Of a stretch of 64,000 nucleotides of DNA, positions 10,362-19,218 are shown piece by piece. Both the position numbers and the translations under genes were made by a program. Positions within the stretch are counted from its first letter, which is position 1, and the number at the start of each line of letters is the position of its first letter. The notes below the pieces were generated by a model that was given only the letters and a program-made list of their open reading frames with translations, was not told the origin of the DNA and did not search any database. The DNA comes from Candidatus Enterousia sp. (GTDB lineage Bacteria; Pseudomonadota; Alphaproteobacteria; Rs-D84), in the NCBI GenBank assembly GCA_045539815.1, contig JAZQGC010000002.1, positions 11,794 to 75,793 on the forward strand. The letters run 5' to 3'.

Positions 10362-12522
10362 AAATCATCGGTGGGAAACATTCATCCGTTCCATCAACGC
10401 AACACAACATACTGCCATTAACATCTGTTGCTGTTTCGCCCGCGCAACAACCATTTGCATCCGGCGCACTGTTATCTGCGCATACATTTTGTGTATCTGT
10501 TTCGTAATCAGGCGACGCAACAAACATCTTCTCTTGTTGCGACACATTATACACCGGCTTTTCAACCACAGGTTCGCTTTCAACCGCAACCACTTCTTCT
10601 GCAACAGTGTCTGTTGTTACCACAGGTTCTGAAACAACTGTTGTGTCATCCACTGTCTGAATTGCCGCATCCAGGGCCTGAACCAACGTGGCGTCCATTG
10701 CTGTTTCTTCGACAATTGGCGCATCCGGTACAACTGGAACATCAGCCGTTACAGTTTGAACAACATCTGATTCAACCACTTCTGCAACCACAGGTTCTGC
10801 AACTTCTTCTGTTACGCCTGTTTTTTCTTCATCTGCAACACTTACCACATCAATAAACGGCGATTCTGTATCTTCTAGCGTCACAAGATTAACCGTTTCA
10901 TCTGTTGTATCTACATAAGATTCTTTTTCTTCATCGATTTGTACCAACTGTGTTTTTGCTTCCAGCTCAGGCACCATATCATCCGTTACAGATTTTTGAT
11001 ATAACCACAATGTAAACACAGACAAAACAATCAAGACAACCAACATAATATAATAAATTTTTGTTGGCTTATTAGACACAGAATTATCAACAACCACTGC
11101 TTCTTCTGCGATTGGCGAAGCAGGGCGCACTGCATCTTCTGCCACTTTTGCAACAACATGATTGTTTGACACATTATCAGTCGCAACAGTCTTTATATCA
11201 GCGTCCCCCAGCACATCTTCTGCGACCAAGTCCGCTTGTTCTGTTGCAATTGGTGTAAATGTATCTAACACAGGCTTTTCTGTTACATATGTTACTTCTT
11301 CTGTTACGGGTTCCGCCACAGGTTCTGCAATTTCATCAAAAGAAACAGGTGGCACAAACGCCAACGGCTGCACAACAGATTCTGAAACAGTATCACCATC
11401 AGATTTGTTATCTTTGTTCTCAATATCTGTCGGATATTCAGACACAACCTCTGGCAACTTATCAAATAAAACTTCTGGCACGCGTTCTGGAACAACTTCT
11501 GGTAATTTTTCTGTTACAACTTCTGGCAAATGATCCTGGACAACTTCTGGCAATTTTTCTGTGACAACTTCTGGCAAATGTTCGGACGCTGCCTTGGGCA
11601 AAAAAACATCCTGTTCTTCTTCAATTTTTTCTGCATCATCAAACACAGGCACAAAATTAATTCCAATGTCCAATATATCAGAAGCCGACTTTTTAACATC
11701 TTCGCTATTTTCTGTTGTATTAAAATCAATGGGTTTAAACGCAATACCTTCATCCAAAATATTTGGATCCTTGTCAAACAGCGGTTTTATTTCATCGTCA
11801 GCCATATTTTCCACCTTGTTTTTCTGTATTATTTCGTGTGTCTGATTCAATTTATCCAGAATTCCCTGGGCAATTACGGCATCTTCACCAGCCGTGTCCA
11901 ATCTTTTTTTTGCGTTTTGCAAACGCTTTTGCGCACGATTCAGCTTTTCACTTGTCGCATCCATTTGCGCTTCTATGCGTAAAACACGAGATGCCGAACG
12001 TTTTGTTGGTTCTGTTCCAATTGCACGTTTTGCATCAGACAAATCCGCCCGCAATTTTTTTAATTTGTCCTTCATATACACAATGGACTGATTTGTCCTT
12101 TGTATTGTATCGTTTGCATGTACCGCCTGTTCTTCTGCTGCGACCAAACGTTCTTGTGCGATTCGTTTTGCAGACTTCTTATAAAAATCATCCAACTGTA
12201 CCAATATTGCATTTAAATCATCTTGGCCATCATACGCATCAAACAATCTGTCATATATCCCCAGCCCATCGTATTCAATATCCAGTTTCTGATACTTATT
12301 ATCTTTTTTTGGTCTGACCGTTTCTAAATCGACACCATAATCATTAGACAGGATATCATCCCATTTCCTGTCATCCACAGGATTTATTACCAATAAAACA
12401 TTAGGCTTTATATCACTGACTGAAAAATCCAGCACAAACACCAGGTTATTATCATCCTCACTGTAAAACGCGCGCATTGAACGACCCTGGACATTAAAAT
12501 CTGTACTGTACAACTTGTTCAT
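10360..12522 (-). CDS. hypothetical bitopic membrane protein (coiled coil, LPEVV repeats, acidic exported region, C-terminal Cys cluster)
   Basis: 720 aa long ORF. One TM helix (IYYIMLVVLIVLSVFTLWLY). Seven copies of an 8-aa xxLPEVVx repeat. C-terminus CCAGETATDVNGSMLCCVDGTDEC. Confidence 0.7.
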   Translation of the reverse strand: MNKLYSTDFNVQGRSMRAFYSEDDNNLVFVLDFSVSDIKPNVLLVINPVDDRKWDDILSNDYGVDLETVRPKKDNKYQKLDIEYDGLGIYDRLFDAYDGQDDLNAILVQLDDFYKKSAKRIAQERLVAAEEQAVHANDTIQRTNQSIVYMKDKLKKLRADLSDAKRAIGTEPTKRSASRVLRIEAQMDATSEKLNRAQKRLQNAKKRLDTAGEDAVIAQGILDKLNQTHEIIQKNKVENMADDEIKPLFDKDPNILDEGIAFKPIDFNTTENSEDVKKSASDILDIGINFVPVFDDAEKIEEEQDVFLPKAASEHLPEVVTEKLPEVVQDHLPEVVTEKLPEVVPERVPEVLFDKLPEVVSEYPTDIENKDNKSDGDTVSESVVQPLAFVPPVSFDEIAEPVAEPVTEEVTYVTEKPVLDTFTPIATEQADLVAEDVLGDADIKTVATDNVSNNHVVAKVAEDAVRPASPIAEEAVVVDNSVSNKPTKIYYIMLVVLIVLSVFTLWLYQKSVTDDMVPELEAKTQLVQIDEEKESYVDTTDETVNLVTLEDTESPFIDVVSVADEEKTGVTEEVAEPVVAEVVESDVVQTVTADVPVVPDAPIVEETAMDATLVQALDAAIQTVDDTTVVSEPVVTTDTVAEEVVAVESEPVVEKPVYNVSQQEKMFVASPDYETDTQNVCADNSAPDANGCCAGETATDVNGSMLCCVDGTDECFPPMI
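11441..11586. repeat. 24-bp-period tandem repeat encoding (x)xLPEVVx units
   Basis: The plus strand shows repeated acaacttctggcaa(a/t)t units, which translate to EHLPEVVTEKLPEVVQDHLPEVVTEKLPEVVPERVPEVLFDKLPEVV. Confidence 0.8.
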
Positions 12523-12566
12523 TAAAACCTCTCTCGCTTTAATATAGTCATCCCCAGTTTCAATTA

Positions 12567-13178
12567 TTATTTCTTTTTTGGTGGTGCAAATTGATACGCC
12601 TGCTTACAATGTTCATAACAATATGGTTTTCCGACAAAAACGGTTTCACCACAAAAATGAAAATGTTCAGAATCCGGATCCCCAATTGGCCAACGACATT
12701 GATTTGGTTTCAGGTTTGCCATTTCCAAGGAATGCTGAATAATACGCTGATGCATTGCCAGATTTTTTGCATTAGTTTTGACTGTATCTTTTACTTTTGT
12801 TTCTTCTGCGACCGCAACCGTTTTAGCCTTGGTGTTTTTCTTGGTATCATCTGCCTTTACAGGTGCAACTTTTTTGTCAGCCCCTTTTACCGCCTTGGCC
12901 ACAGGGGTTGTTTTTTTAGTTTCTTTTTTCTTAACAGTTGTTTTTGCTGTTTTTTTGGTATCTTTTTCTTTGCCTGCGTCTTTTTTTGCAGTTACTTTTT
13001 TATCTGCCTCTGCGGCCGCAGCGCCGCCAGCCTTGGCATTCCAGCCCAATCTGTTTAACTTACCAACAATGGCGTTTTTCGACATACCCAAACGCTTGCC
13101 AATTTCGGACGTAGACAATCCCTTGCCGGTTAATGCTTTTAATTTTTTTAATGCCGTGGCATCCCAACCCTTACTCAT
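12567..13178 (-). CDS. gcrA: cell-cycle regulator GcrA
   Basis: N-terminus WDATALKKLKALTGKGLSTSEIGKRLGMSKNAIVGKLNRLGW and C-terminus CRWPIGDP...FCG...PYC..HC are GcrA hallmarks. Confidence 0.9.
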   Translation of the reverse strand: MSKGWDATALKKLKALTGKGLSTSEIGKRLGMSKNAIVGKLNRLGWNAKAGGAAAAEADKKVTAKKDAGKEKDTKKTAKTTVKKKETKKTTPVAKAVKGADKKVAPVKADDTKKNTKAKTVAVAEETKVKDTVKTNAKNLAMHQRIIQHSLEMANLKPNQCRWPIGDPDSEHFHFCGETVFVGKPYCYEHCKQAYQFAPPKKK

Positions 13179-13250
13179 TTTACAAAACCCTTGTTATACA
13201 TTATAATGCAATTCTAGCACAAATCCGATTCGAAACGCAAGGGAGAAAAC

Positions 13251-13721
13251 ATGATAAACACCATATTTTTAACAGGACTGTTATCATTGGCGGCATGGCT
13301 GGCATATAAAATATCGGTTGCAGATTTTCGTCGGCGCATTATCCCGGACGCATACCTGTTTCCATTAATGTTAATCGGATTAATAACGACAACATTCTAT
13401 CAAATTCCAACAGATATTGAATCTGGGGTAATTGGCGCTGCTTTTGGATATTTTGTATCTTGTTTTATTGGGTTGGCATATGAATACATTTCCAAACGAC
13501 GCGCACAATCATACGACACACCAATTGGCATGGGGGACATCAAATTAATTGGGGTTGGGGGACTGTGGTTGGGCACAACTGGTTTATCCATTGCATTAAT
13601 AATATCTTGCATTATTGGTGCGTGGTGGGGACGGGCACACAAACAGCGTTTTATTCCATTTGCGCCATTTTTTATTTTTGGCTGTTTTTTGACTTTCATT
13701 AGTTTTGCCTTTTTGTTATAA
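13251..13721 (+). CDS. A24-family prepilin-peptidase-like membrane protein (CpaA/TadV type, no methyltransferase domain)
   Basis: 156 aa and polytopic. First Asp motif RRRIIPD and second motif GMGDIKLIG. Confidence 0.7.
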   Translation: MINTIFLTGLLSLAAWLAYKISVADFRRRIIPDAYLFPLMLIGLITTTFYQIPTDIESGVIGAAFGYFVSCFIGLAYEYISKRRAQSYDTPIGMGDIKLIGVGGLWLGTTGLSIALIISCIIGAWWGRAHKQRFIPFAPFFIFGCFLTFISFAFLL

Positions 13722-15766
13722 TGACTGCACAGGGACCTGAAATGAGAATGAATTTGTCTGTTATTTTCAGCTGCATAATTGGCGCAACATTGTGCATTTC
13801 TGGCGCATATTCTGTGTCGCCTTTTTCTAAATACGGCCAGATTCAAAATGTTCAAACATACTCGTCTAATCCATTTTATAACCAGAATTCGCCATACAAT
13901 CAAACGATGCCACAACCGGTATATGCCCTGGGGCCATCAATCCAAACATCAGATTGCCAATCTGTATTGGCGACATTGGTTGCACAACAATGTTCAATGA
14001 TGAACAATTGTCAAAGCGCCCGCCTGTCTGACATTCGTCCGGCAATAATGTTACAGTTATCACGCATGCCGGGGGGCAACTATGCGACATCATGTTCGGG
14101 CTATCTGGACAGTGCATTTGAAAATTATAAAAAGAATTTTTCATACAACACACCAACTGCGGGCGCGACATTTCCGGCCGCAACCGTTCCAAACCCAAAC
14201 GCTGACGCCGCCAATCCCCAGATAAAAATATTTCCTGACGCGCAAAAGCCACAATGGGCAACAGAAATGGCACAGCGCAAGCAAGAATTAAAAGAATTAC
14301 AGGCTGCATCTGGCGCAAATGATGCGGGATTAGAATACGCAGAATTTCAAAAAACATATGCTGATTTATCTTTCACTGAACGCATGGCGAACGAGGCCGC
14401 CGGCTTTGAACCATACAAGGACAAAAAAGCATACGACACATTAAAAATAGAAAGCGAACAAGAATATCTTGAAAAACAAGCTGCCTTATCACGTATAAAT
14501 TCAAAATCAACAGATTCCAATAATAACACAAAAACAAACGACAACGAAAAGAACCCGAATTTAATAACCGATCATAATTACGACGAATTCGAAGCTTTAT
14601 TACCATGGTATGGAATTTTGGTTGTAAAAGCGGGAAGTCTTGATAAATACGCCGCATTAGATTTACCAATAATATCAACAGAATATATGAAGGCGCATCG
14701 CGATGAATTTTATCCCGCAAATTCGGATCAAACATTCGGTCATGGTTGCACATATTACAATCATACGGCAAACGACAATGATATTATCAATCGCGCAACA
14801 CACAACGTTATGGGCGAAGAAAATAACTTTTTCAGTGGCAGTGATTACTATGTATTTGATGGATCCGATGTCTATTGGGGTTGGCTAACCATAGCAGGCG
14901 AAGTCGCATTAGCCCTGTTGACATTAGGCATATCCGCAGAAGCAAGCGCTGCAAAAACAGCTTTACAAATAACTGATGCCAGTACAAAAACAATTGCTGC
15001 CGCTTCAAAAACCAAAGGACTTATCACTGTTGGTAAACTAACTACTAACGCCGAAAAGTTAAAAAAAGCTGCCGAAGCAGCCAAGGCTGTAAAGGCAGGC
15101 GACGCCGCATCAAAAACCAAGGCAATTGATGCATTGGCAGATGCTGGCATTACTGTAAAAAATACAGCACGACCAGTTACATTTAAAAACATAGCAACGG
15201 CATTAGAAACAGCAATTGCAACAGCAAAACCTGTAAAATGGACATCTTCGTTGTCAAAACCGTGGCGACTGATAAAAAGTGGTGCAAAAGATTTAAAATC
15301 AAACAAAATAGGACGCGGCGTTTCATGGGGAACCAATTTCAAAACCCTTGGGATTACCGCTGCTGGCATTGGTGTTAATTATTATATCAAAGAATTCATG
15401 AAATCATTTGGATACAGCTCATCGATGATACAAGACCCAACAACCGGCGATGTTGCATTTAACAGTTTTGGTCTGTTATCAGATGACGACGAAGAGGGAC
15501 GCGAAAACGTTGTTTCACATGGTGCATGGATACAATTTAACGAAATTGGTACTGCGAACGAAAATGATGCTGTAAATGAAGCTCTTGTTTTTGCTGACGA
15601 ATTAAAAAAAGAAATAGATAAAATAAACGCGTCGGACCCGTTATGTGACATAGATATATATGTTGTACAGCCCGCAATCAGCAACCCTGAAAAACTGCCT
15701 GGGGCCCGCCAAATATATTACATATTGCAAAATGACGATCAAAAAATTCAAGTTCGAACAAAGTAA
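13721..15766 (+). CDS. hypothetical large envelope protein, paralog A (signal peptide, two hydrophobic segments, Ala/Lys-rich loop)
   Basis: The start overlaps the upstream stop (TAATG); the real start may be MRMNL at 13742. Homologous to the next gene across WYGILVV, INRA..N..GEE, YYV.G and CDIDIYVVQP. Confidence 0.7.
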   Translation: MTAQGPEMRMNLSVIFSCIIGATLCISGAYSVSPFSKYGQIQNVQTYSSNPFYNQNSPYNQTMPQPVYALGPSIQTSDCQSVLATLVAQQCSMMNNCQSARLSDIRPAIMLQLSRMPGGNYATSCSGYLDSAFENYKKNFSYNTPTAGATFPAATVPNPNADAANPQIKIFPDAQKPQWATEMAQRKQELKELQAASGANDAGLEYAEFQKTYADLSFTERMANEAAGFEPYKDKKAYDTLKIESEQEYLEKQAALSRINSKSTDSNNNTKTNDNEKNPNLITDHNYDEFEALLPWYGILVVKAGSLDKYAALDLPIISTEYMKAHRDEFYPANSDQTFGHGCTYYNHTANDNDIINRATHNVMGEENNFFSGSDYYVFDGSDVYWGWLTIAGEVALALLTLGISAEASAAKTALQITDASTKTIAAASKTKGLITVGKLTTNAEKLKKAAEAAKAVKAGDAASKTKAIDALADAGITVKNTARPVTFKNIATALETAIATAKPVKWTSSLSKPWRLIKSGAKDLKSNKIGRGVSWGTNFKTLGITAAGIGVNYYIKEFMKSFGYSSSMIQDPTTGDVAFNSFGLLSDDDEEGRENVVSHGAWIQFNEIGTANENDAVNEALVFADELKKEIDKINASDPLCDIDIYVVQPAISNPEKLPGARQIYYILQNDDQKIQVRTK

Positions 15767-15768
15767 TC

Positions 15769-17454
15769 ATGCTGACACGAATTGTTTGTATATTATATTT
15801 TCTCTGCCTTCCTTGGTCAGCTTTTGCAGATTCTGCTGGGACGCCGTGTGCCAGCGCTGTTATTTCAAAAGAAATCGCACAGTCTGCACCAGAAATAGAT
15901 GAAAACACATCCGAACAATCCGTTAAACAATGGATTTATTCCGTTCTGTCAGACAAAACTGTTTTAACCAATGTTTTGAAATGCCCAGAAATTGCGTCTT
16001 TATCCCCAGAAGACACAATTACATTTTCGCCGATACAATTTACTTTTCCAAATGGTCGCGAAATTGTTATAAACTATGAAACGCAACAAAAAATACTGAC
16101 CCAGCGTTTAACAATATCTGAAAAACGCGGCCTGCCATCTGACGATCCAAACCCACGTGTTGGCGACAAGAACGATGACTCTGTTTGGACAAACACAGAT
16201 CCGGCATGGTATGGAATCATGGTTGTTGAATCCGGCGCATTAAATCAATTTGTTGGTCCTGATAAAAACAACACAATATCTGTAAAATACATTAACGATA
16301 ATATTGACACATTATACCCCAGCGGTCTTAATTGCACCAGTCGCAGCGCACTGGCCGAAGATAATTGTGCAATAAATCGCGCGGTTACAAATACTGTTGG
16401 AATCGAAGGCGACACAAACGATTACTATGTTGCCGGCGATATTAACCTGGAATGGATTGGTTACGCTGAAATCGCATTGGATGTCGTTATTACTGTTGCA
16501 ACATTTGGCACCGGCACACTGGCATTGGGGGCTGTCAGGGGCGCACAATCACTGCGTGCATTAAATGGCATGCGCAATACCCTGAAAACATTACGCGCAA
16601 CAGATACCGTTCGTGATTACATAAAATATACGGGTCAGGCAAACAGACTAACCGCAGAATTAAAAACAATTGATCGGGTTGCTGACGCCACAAAATACGC
16701 AGAAAAAACAAAAGAACTGGAAAAAATACAAGACACCGTAAAAACACTAGAAAACGCCGATGATGTAAAAAAATATCGTGAAACATCAAAAACTTTTTCT
16801 GATTTAAATTCATATCGTCATACATTAAAAGGTGCAGAATTCAGAAAAATCCCAAATCGTGGCAACGTCGCGGTCCGCAGTGTTCGTGCCACACGCGCCG
16901 CAGCAAAAACATTAAAAGCCGTAACAACCGGCAACAAATTAATTAAACGCGGTGCAAAACTGGGACGGGCCAGTAAACTATCCACACGCGTTCGCGATTA
17001 TTTATTTCACAGTACATTAAAAACCGCGGGCGTATTAGCAAAAATGCAAATGGCAACCGGCGCAATATACGGCGCCCTGCAAACGGTTGGCGGATTGATG
17101 TACGATTTTACCGAAACCAGTACAGGCGAATTTACCAATGACATTGATTTTAAACCGTTGTTATTGTTGTCTGCCGACGACATCCAGGGACAAGAAGATA
17201 CAATAAACTATGGTATGTGGTTAATGTGGTATGGTGATTCACAAAGCCCCATGGACGATGATGCCGCATATTTACAGGCAATGGACTTTGCGGCAAAATT
17301 CCACGAAGATTTATTGGACATCCAGGAAGATTCCGCATCACCTTGTGATATTGATATTTTTGTTGTGCGACCAATCATACGCAATCCAGACAGCCAAAAC
17401 CCAGAATTATATTACTTGATTATGAACGATACACCATGGACAACACATGACTAG
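15769..17454 (+). CDS. hypothetical large envelope protein, paralog B
   Basis: Signal peptide LCLPWSAFA. Shares WYGIMVVESGAL, AINRAVTNTVG, YYVAGD and SPCDIDIFVVRPIIRNP with the 13721 gene. Confidence 0.7.
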   Translation: MLTRIVCILYFLCLPWSAFADSAGTPCASAVISKEIAQSAPEIDENTSEQSVKQWIYSVLSDKTVLTNVLKCPEIASLSPEDTITFSPIQFTFPNGREIVINYETQQKILTQRLTISEKRGLPSDDPNPRVGDKNDDSVWTNTDPAWYGIMVVESGALNQFVGPDKNNTISVKYINDNIDTLYPSGLNCTSRSALAEDNCAINRAVTNTVGIEGDTNDYYVAGDINLEWIGYAEIALDVVITVATFGTGTLALGAVRGAQSLRALNGMRNTLKTLRATDTVRDYIKYTGQANRLTAELKTIDRVADATKYAEKTKELEKIQDTVKTLENADDVKKYRETSKTFSDLNSYRHTLKGAEFRKIPNRGNVAVRSVRATRAAAKTLKAVTTGNKLIKRGAKLGRASKLSTRVRDYLFHSTLKTAGVLAKMQMATGAIYGALQTVGGLMYDFTETSTGEFTNDIDFKPLLLLSADDIQGQEDTINYGMWLMWYGDSQSPMDDDAAYLQAMDFAAKFHEDLLDIQEDSASPCDIDIFVVRPIIRNPDSQNPELYYLIMNDTPWTTHD

Positions 17455-18493
17455 GGCAGGGGTTTATATTTTATTATTTTATGTGTTTATGACACCAATA
17501 CACGGTGTCGCATCTTTCTTGCAACCTGCGTCATTTCCAAAAACAATCCAAGACACAACAACATTTACCGAACGCATGGAAAACGAACGCATTGGATTTA
17601 TGCCATACAAGGATAAACGCGCATACGACACATTGAAAATACAAACAGAACAAGAATACTTGGACAGTATGATTCAAACTGCCAACGCACGCAACAAACA
17701 AGATCTGGCCAACATGTCTGTTGATGAATATTGTAATAAATATCCACTGGATGCTGAACGTTGTCCGCAAACATCTGGGCAAGAGGCACAAATTATCGCC
17801 AACGCAAATCGCAAACCAACACCCCAAACAATCGCCCAACCAACGGGTACTATTGTTGGCTATGACACTAACGGCATTGCTGTTATCGCCAAACCAAATG
17901 CATATAACGGACCATGCACACAACCACAACACAGCAATTGGTTTTCAAACAAAATATTAAGCACCGGTAAATACGCCGGCATTGACCCTGCATTTGAAAA
18001 AGCAATAATAACAACCTTTCGCAAAGAAGGTGATTGTGTAAACGACCCCGACGATTCGGGCGGATACACATGCTATGGCATATCCCAGAAAAATAATCCC
18101 GAAATTGATGTAAAAAATATAACGCGTGCAGACGCAGAAAATATTGCATATCAAAAATATTACACGCAATACGGATTCAACAAATTGCCCGACCACATTC
18201 GCGGTTCTGTATTTATGTTGGGCTGGAACGCCGGCCCCGTGGTCAGCATAAGACGTTTATGCCGTGTATTGGGGATACCAGAACGCAATGAAATAGACAA
18301 TGATATTATTAACGCCATACATAACTATCCCGGCGATTTACATAATGATTTCATGGATGTTCAACAGAAATTTTATATCGATGCATCGAACAAAAATAAT
18401 AACAAAAAATATTTAAAAGGCTGGATGGAAAGTGTTCGTTTGACACGCGAAAACGGATGTCACACTGAAACGACCACGCCAATCAGACGCTGA
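17447..18493 (+). CDS. secreted peptidoglycan muramidase, GH108 plus PG_binding_3-like, with an N-terminal module shared with the 13721 gene
   Basis: The KEGDCVNDPDDSGGYTCYGIS motif is GH108 type (EGG-VNDP-D-GG-T-YGI). The start overlaps the upstream stop by 8 nt (ATGACTAG). Confidence 0.75.
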   Translation: MTRAGVYILLFYVFMTPIHGVASFLQPASFPKTIQDTTTFTERMENERIGFMPYKDKRAYDTLKIQTEQEYLDSMIQTANARNKQDLANMSVDEYCNKYPLDAERCPQTSGQEAQIIANANRKPTPQTIAQPTGTIVGYDTNGIAVIAKPNAYNGPCTQPQHSNWFSNKILSTGKYAGIDPAFEKAIITTFRKEGDCVNDPDDSGGYTCYGISQKNNPEIDVKNITRADAENIAYQKYYTQYGFNKLPDHIRGSVFMLGWNAGPVVSIRRLCRVLGIPERNEIDNDIINAIHNYPGDLHNDFMDVQQKFYIDASNKNNNKKYLKGWMESVRLTRENGCHTETTTPIRR

Positions 18494-18566
18494 TGATATT
18501 AATTCTTATTGTTTTTTTTATTGTGATTTTTTATAATCATATCATAACATGAAACAGGGGGTATAC

Positions 18567-18884
18567 ATGAAGAAAATAATTACAGCCTTGGCAATTATAA
18601 TTTCAACTGTATATGCGGCAAATGCATATCAGGTATTATCATCCAAAGAATTGGGTAAAAATGATGCAAAAAATCAAAATGTTGTTGTGAAATGCACGAC
18701 AGATACGGGTAAATTATCCAATCAAACATGCTCTTTGCGTCGCTATGCCAAATGTACCGGAAACGGTTCTGCAAAACGTTGCAGCGGTTGGCAACCATGG
18801 CGCGATTTGCGCAATCCATCTGCGCAATATTCTGATTGGCAGGCTGCGGCATCTGCATGCTGTCGGTCCAAGGGATTAAGATAA
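18567..18884 (+). CDS. small secreted cysteine-rich protein
   Basis: Start chosen at MKKIITALAIIISTVYAANA. Six Cys residues in about 80 mature residues. Confidence 0.55.
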   Translation: MKKIITALAIIISTVYAANAYQVLSSKELGKNDAKNQNVVVKCTTDTGKLSNQTCSLRRYAKCTGNGSAKRCSGWQPWRDLRNPSAQYSDWQAAASACCRSKGLR

Positions 18885-18885
18885 T

Positions 18886-18912
18886 AAAAAAACCGCGATT
18901 TGCGGTTTTTTT
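18886..18912. terminator. bidirectional terminator
   Basis: A-run, AACCGCgatttGCGGTT, then T-run. Confidence 0.75.
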
Positions 18913-18913
18913 A

Positions 18914-19198
18914 TTATTGTTCAACCCATATCAATGTTCGACCAGACGCAGCTGTTGTAGAAGGCTGCCCCAGCGAAACAGTATCAAATCTGGTATCGGC
19001 ACCAGACGCAACAGTTGAAGATGTTTGTCCAACTGGCAAACGATTTATATTGACCGTACCAGATGTCAAATTTGACGCATTAGTTGTCTTGCTGAAATTA
19101 TCATCAACATACTTAACGCTGGAAACATCTGCGGCAAAAGCCGGCATAACAAACATACCAATGATTGCAAAAACATGTATCGCTTTTTTTATTTTCAT
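18914..19198 (-). CDS. small secreted protein with a tail-fibre-like motif
   Basis: Start at MKIKK, preceded by GGGGGGAAG. Signal peptide ...MPAFA/AD. Contains LPVGQTSSTVASGADTRFD. Confidence 0.55.
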   Translation of the reverse strand: MKIKKAIHVFAIIGMFVMPAFAADVSSVKYVDDNFSKTTNASNLTSGTVNINRLPVGQTSSTVASGADTRFDTVSLGQPSTTAASGRTLIWVEQ

Positions 19199-19218
19199 CA
19201 CGCTTCCCCCCAGCATTT

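Noticed and set aside
13400-13915. 171-aa minus-strand ORF across the A24-peptidase / 681-aa gene junction
   Set aside because: It overlaps two same-strand coupled genes on the opposite strand and has no supporting signals.
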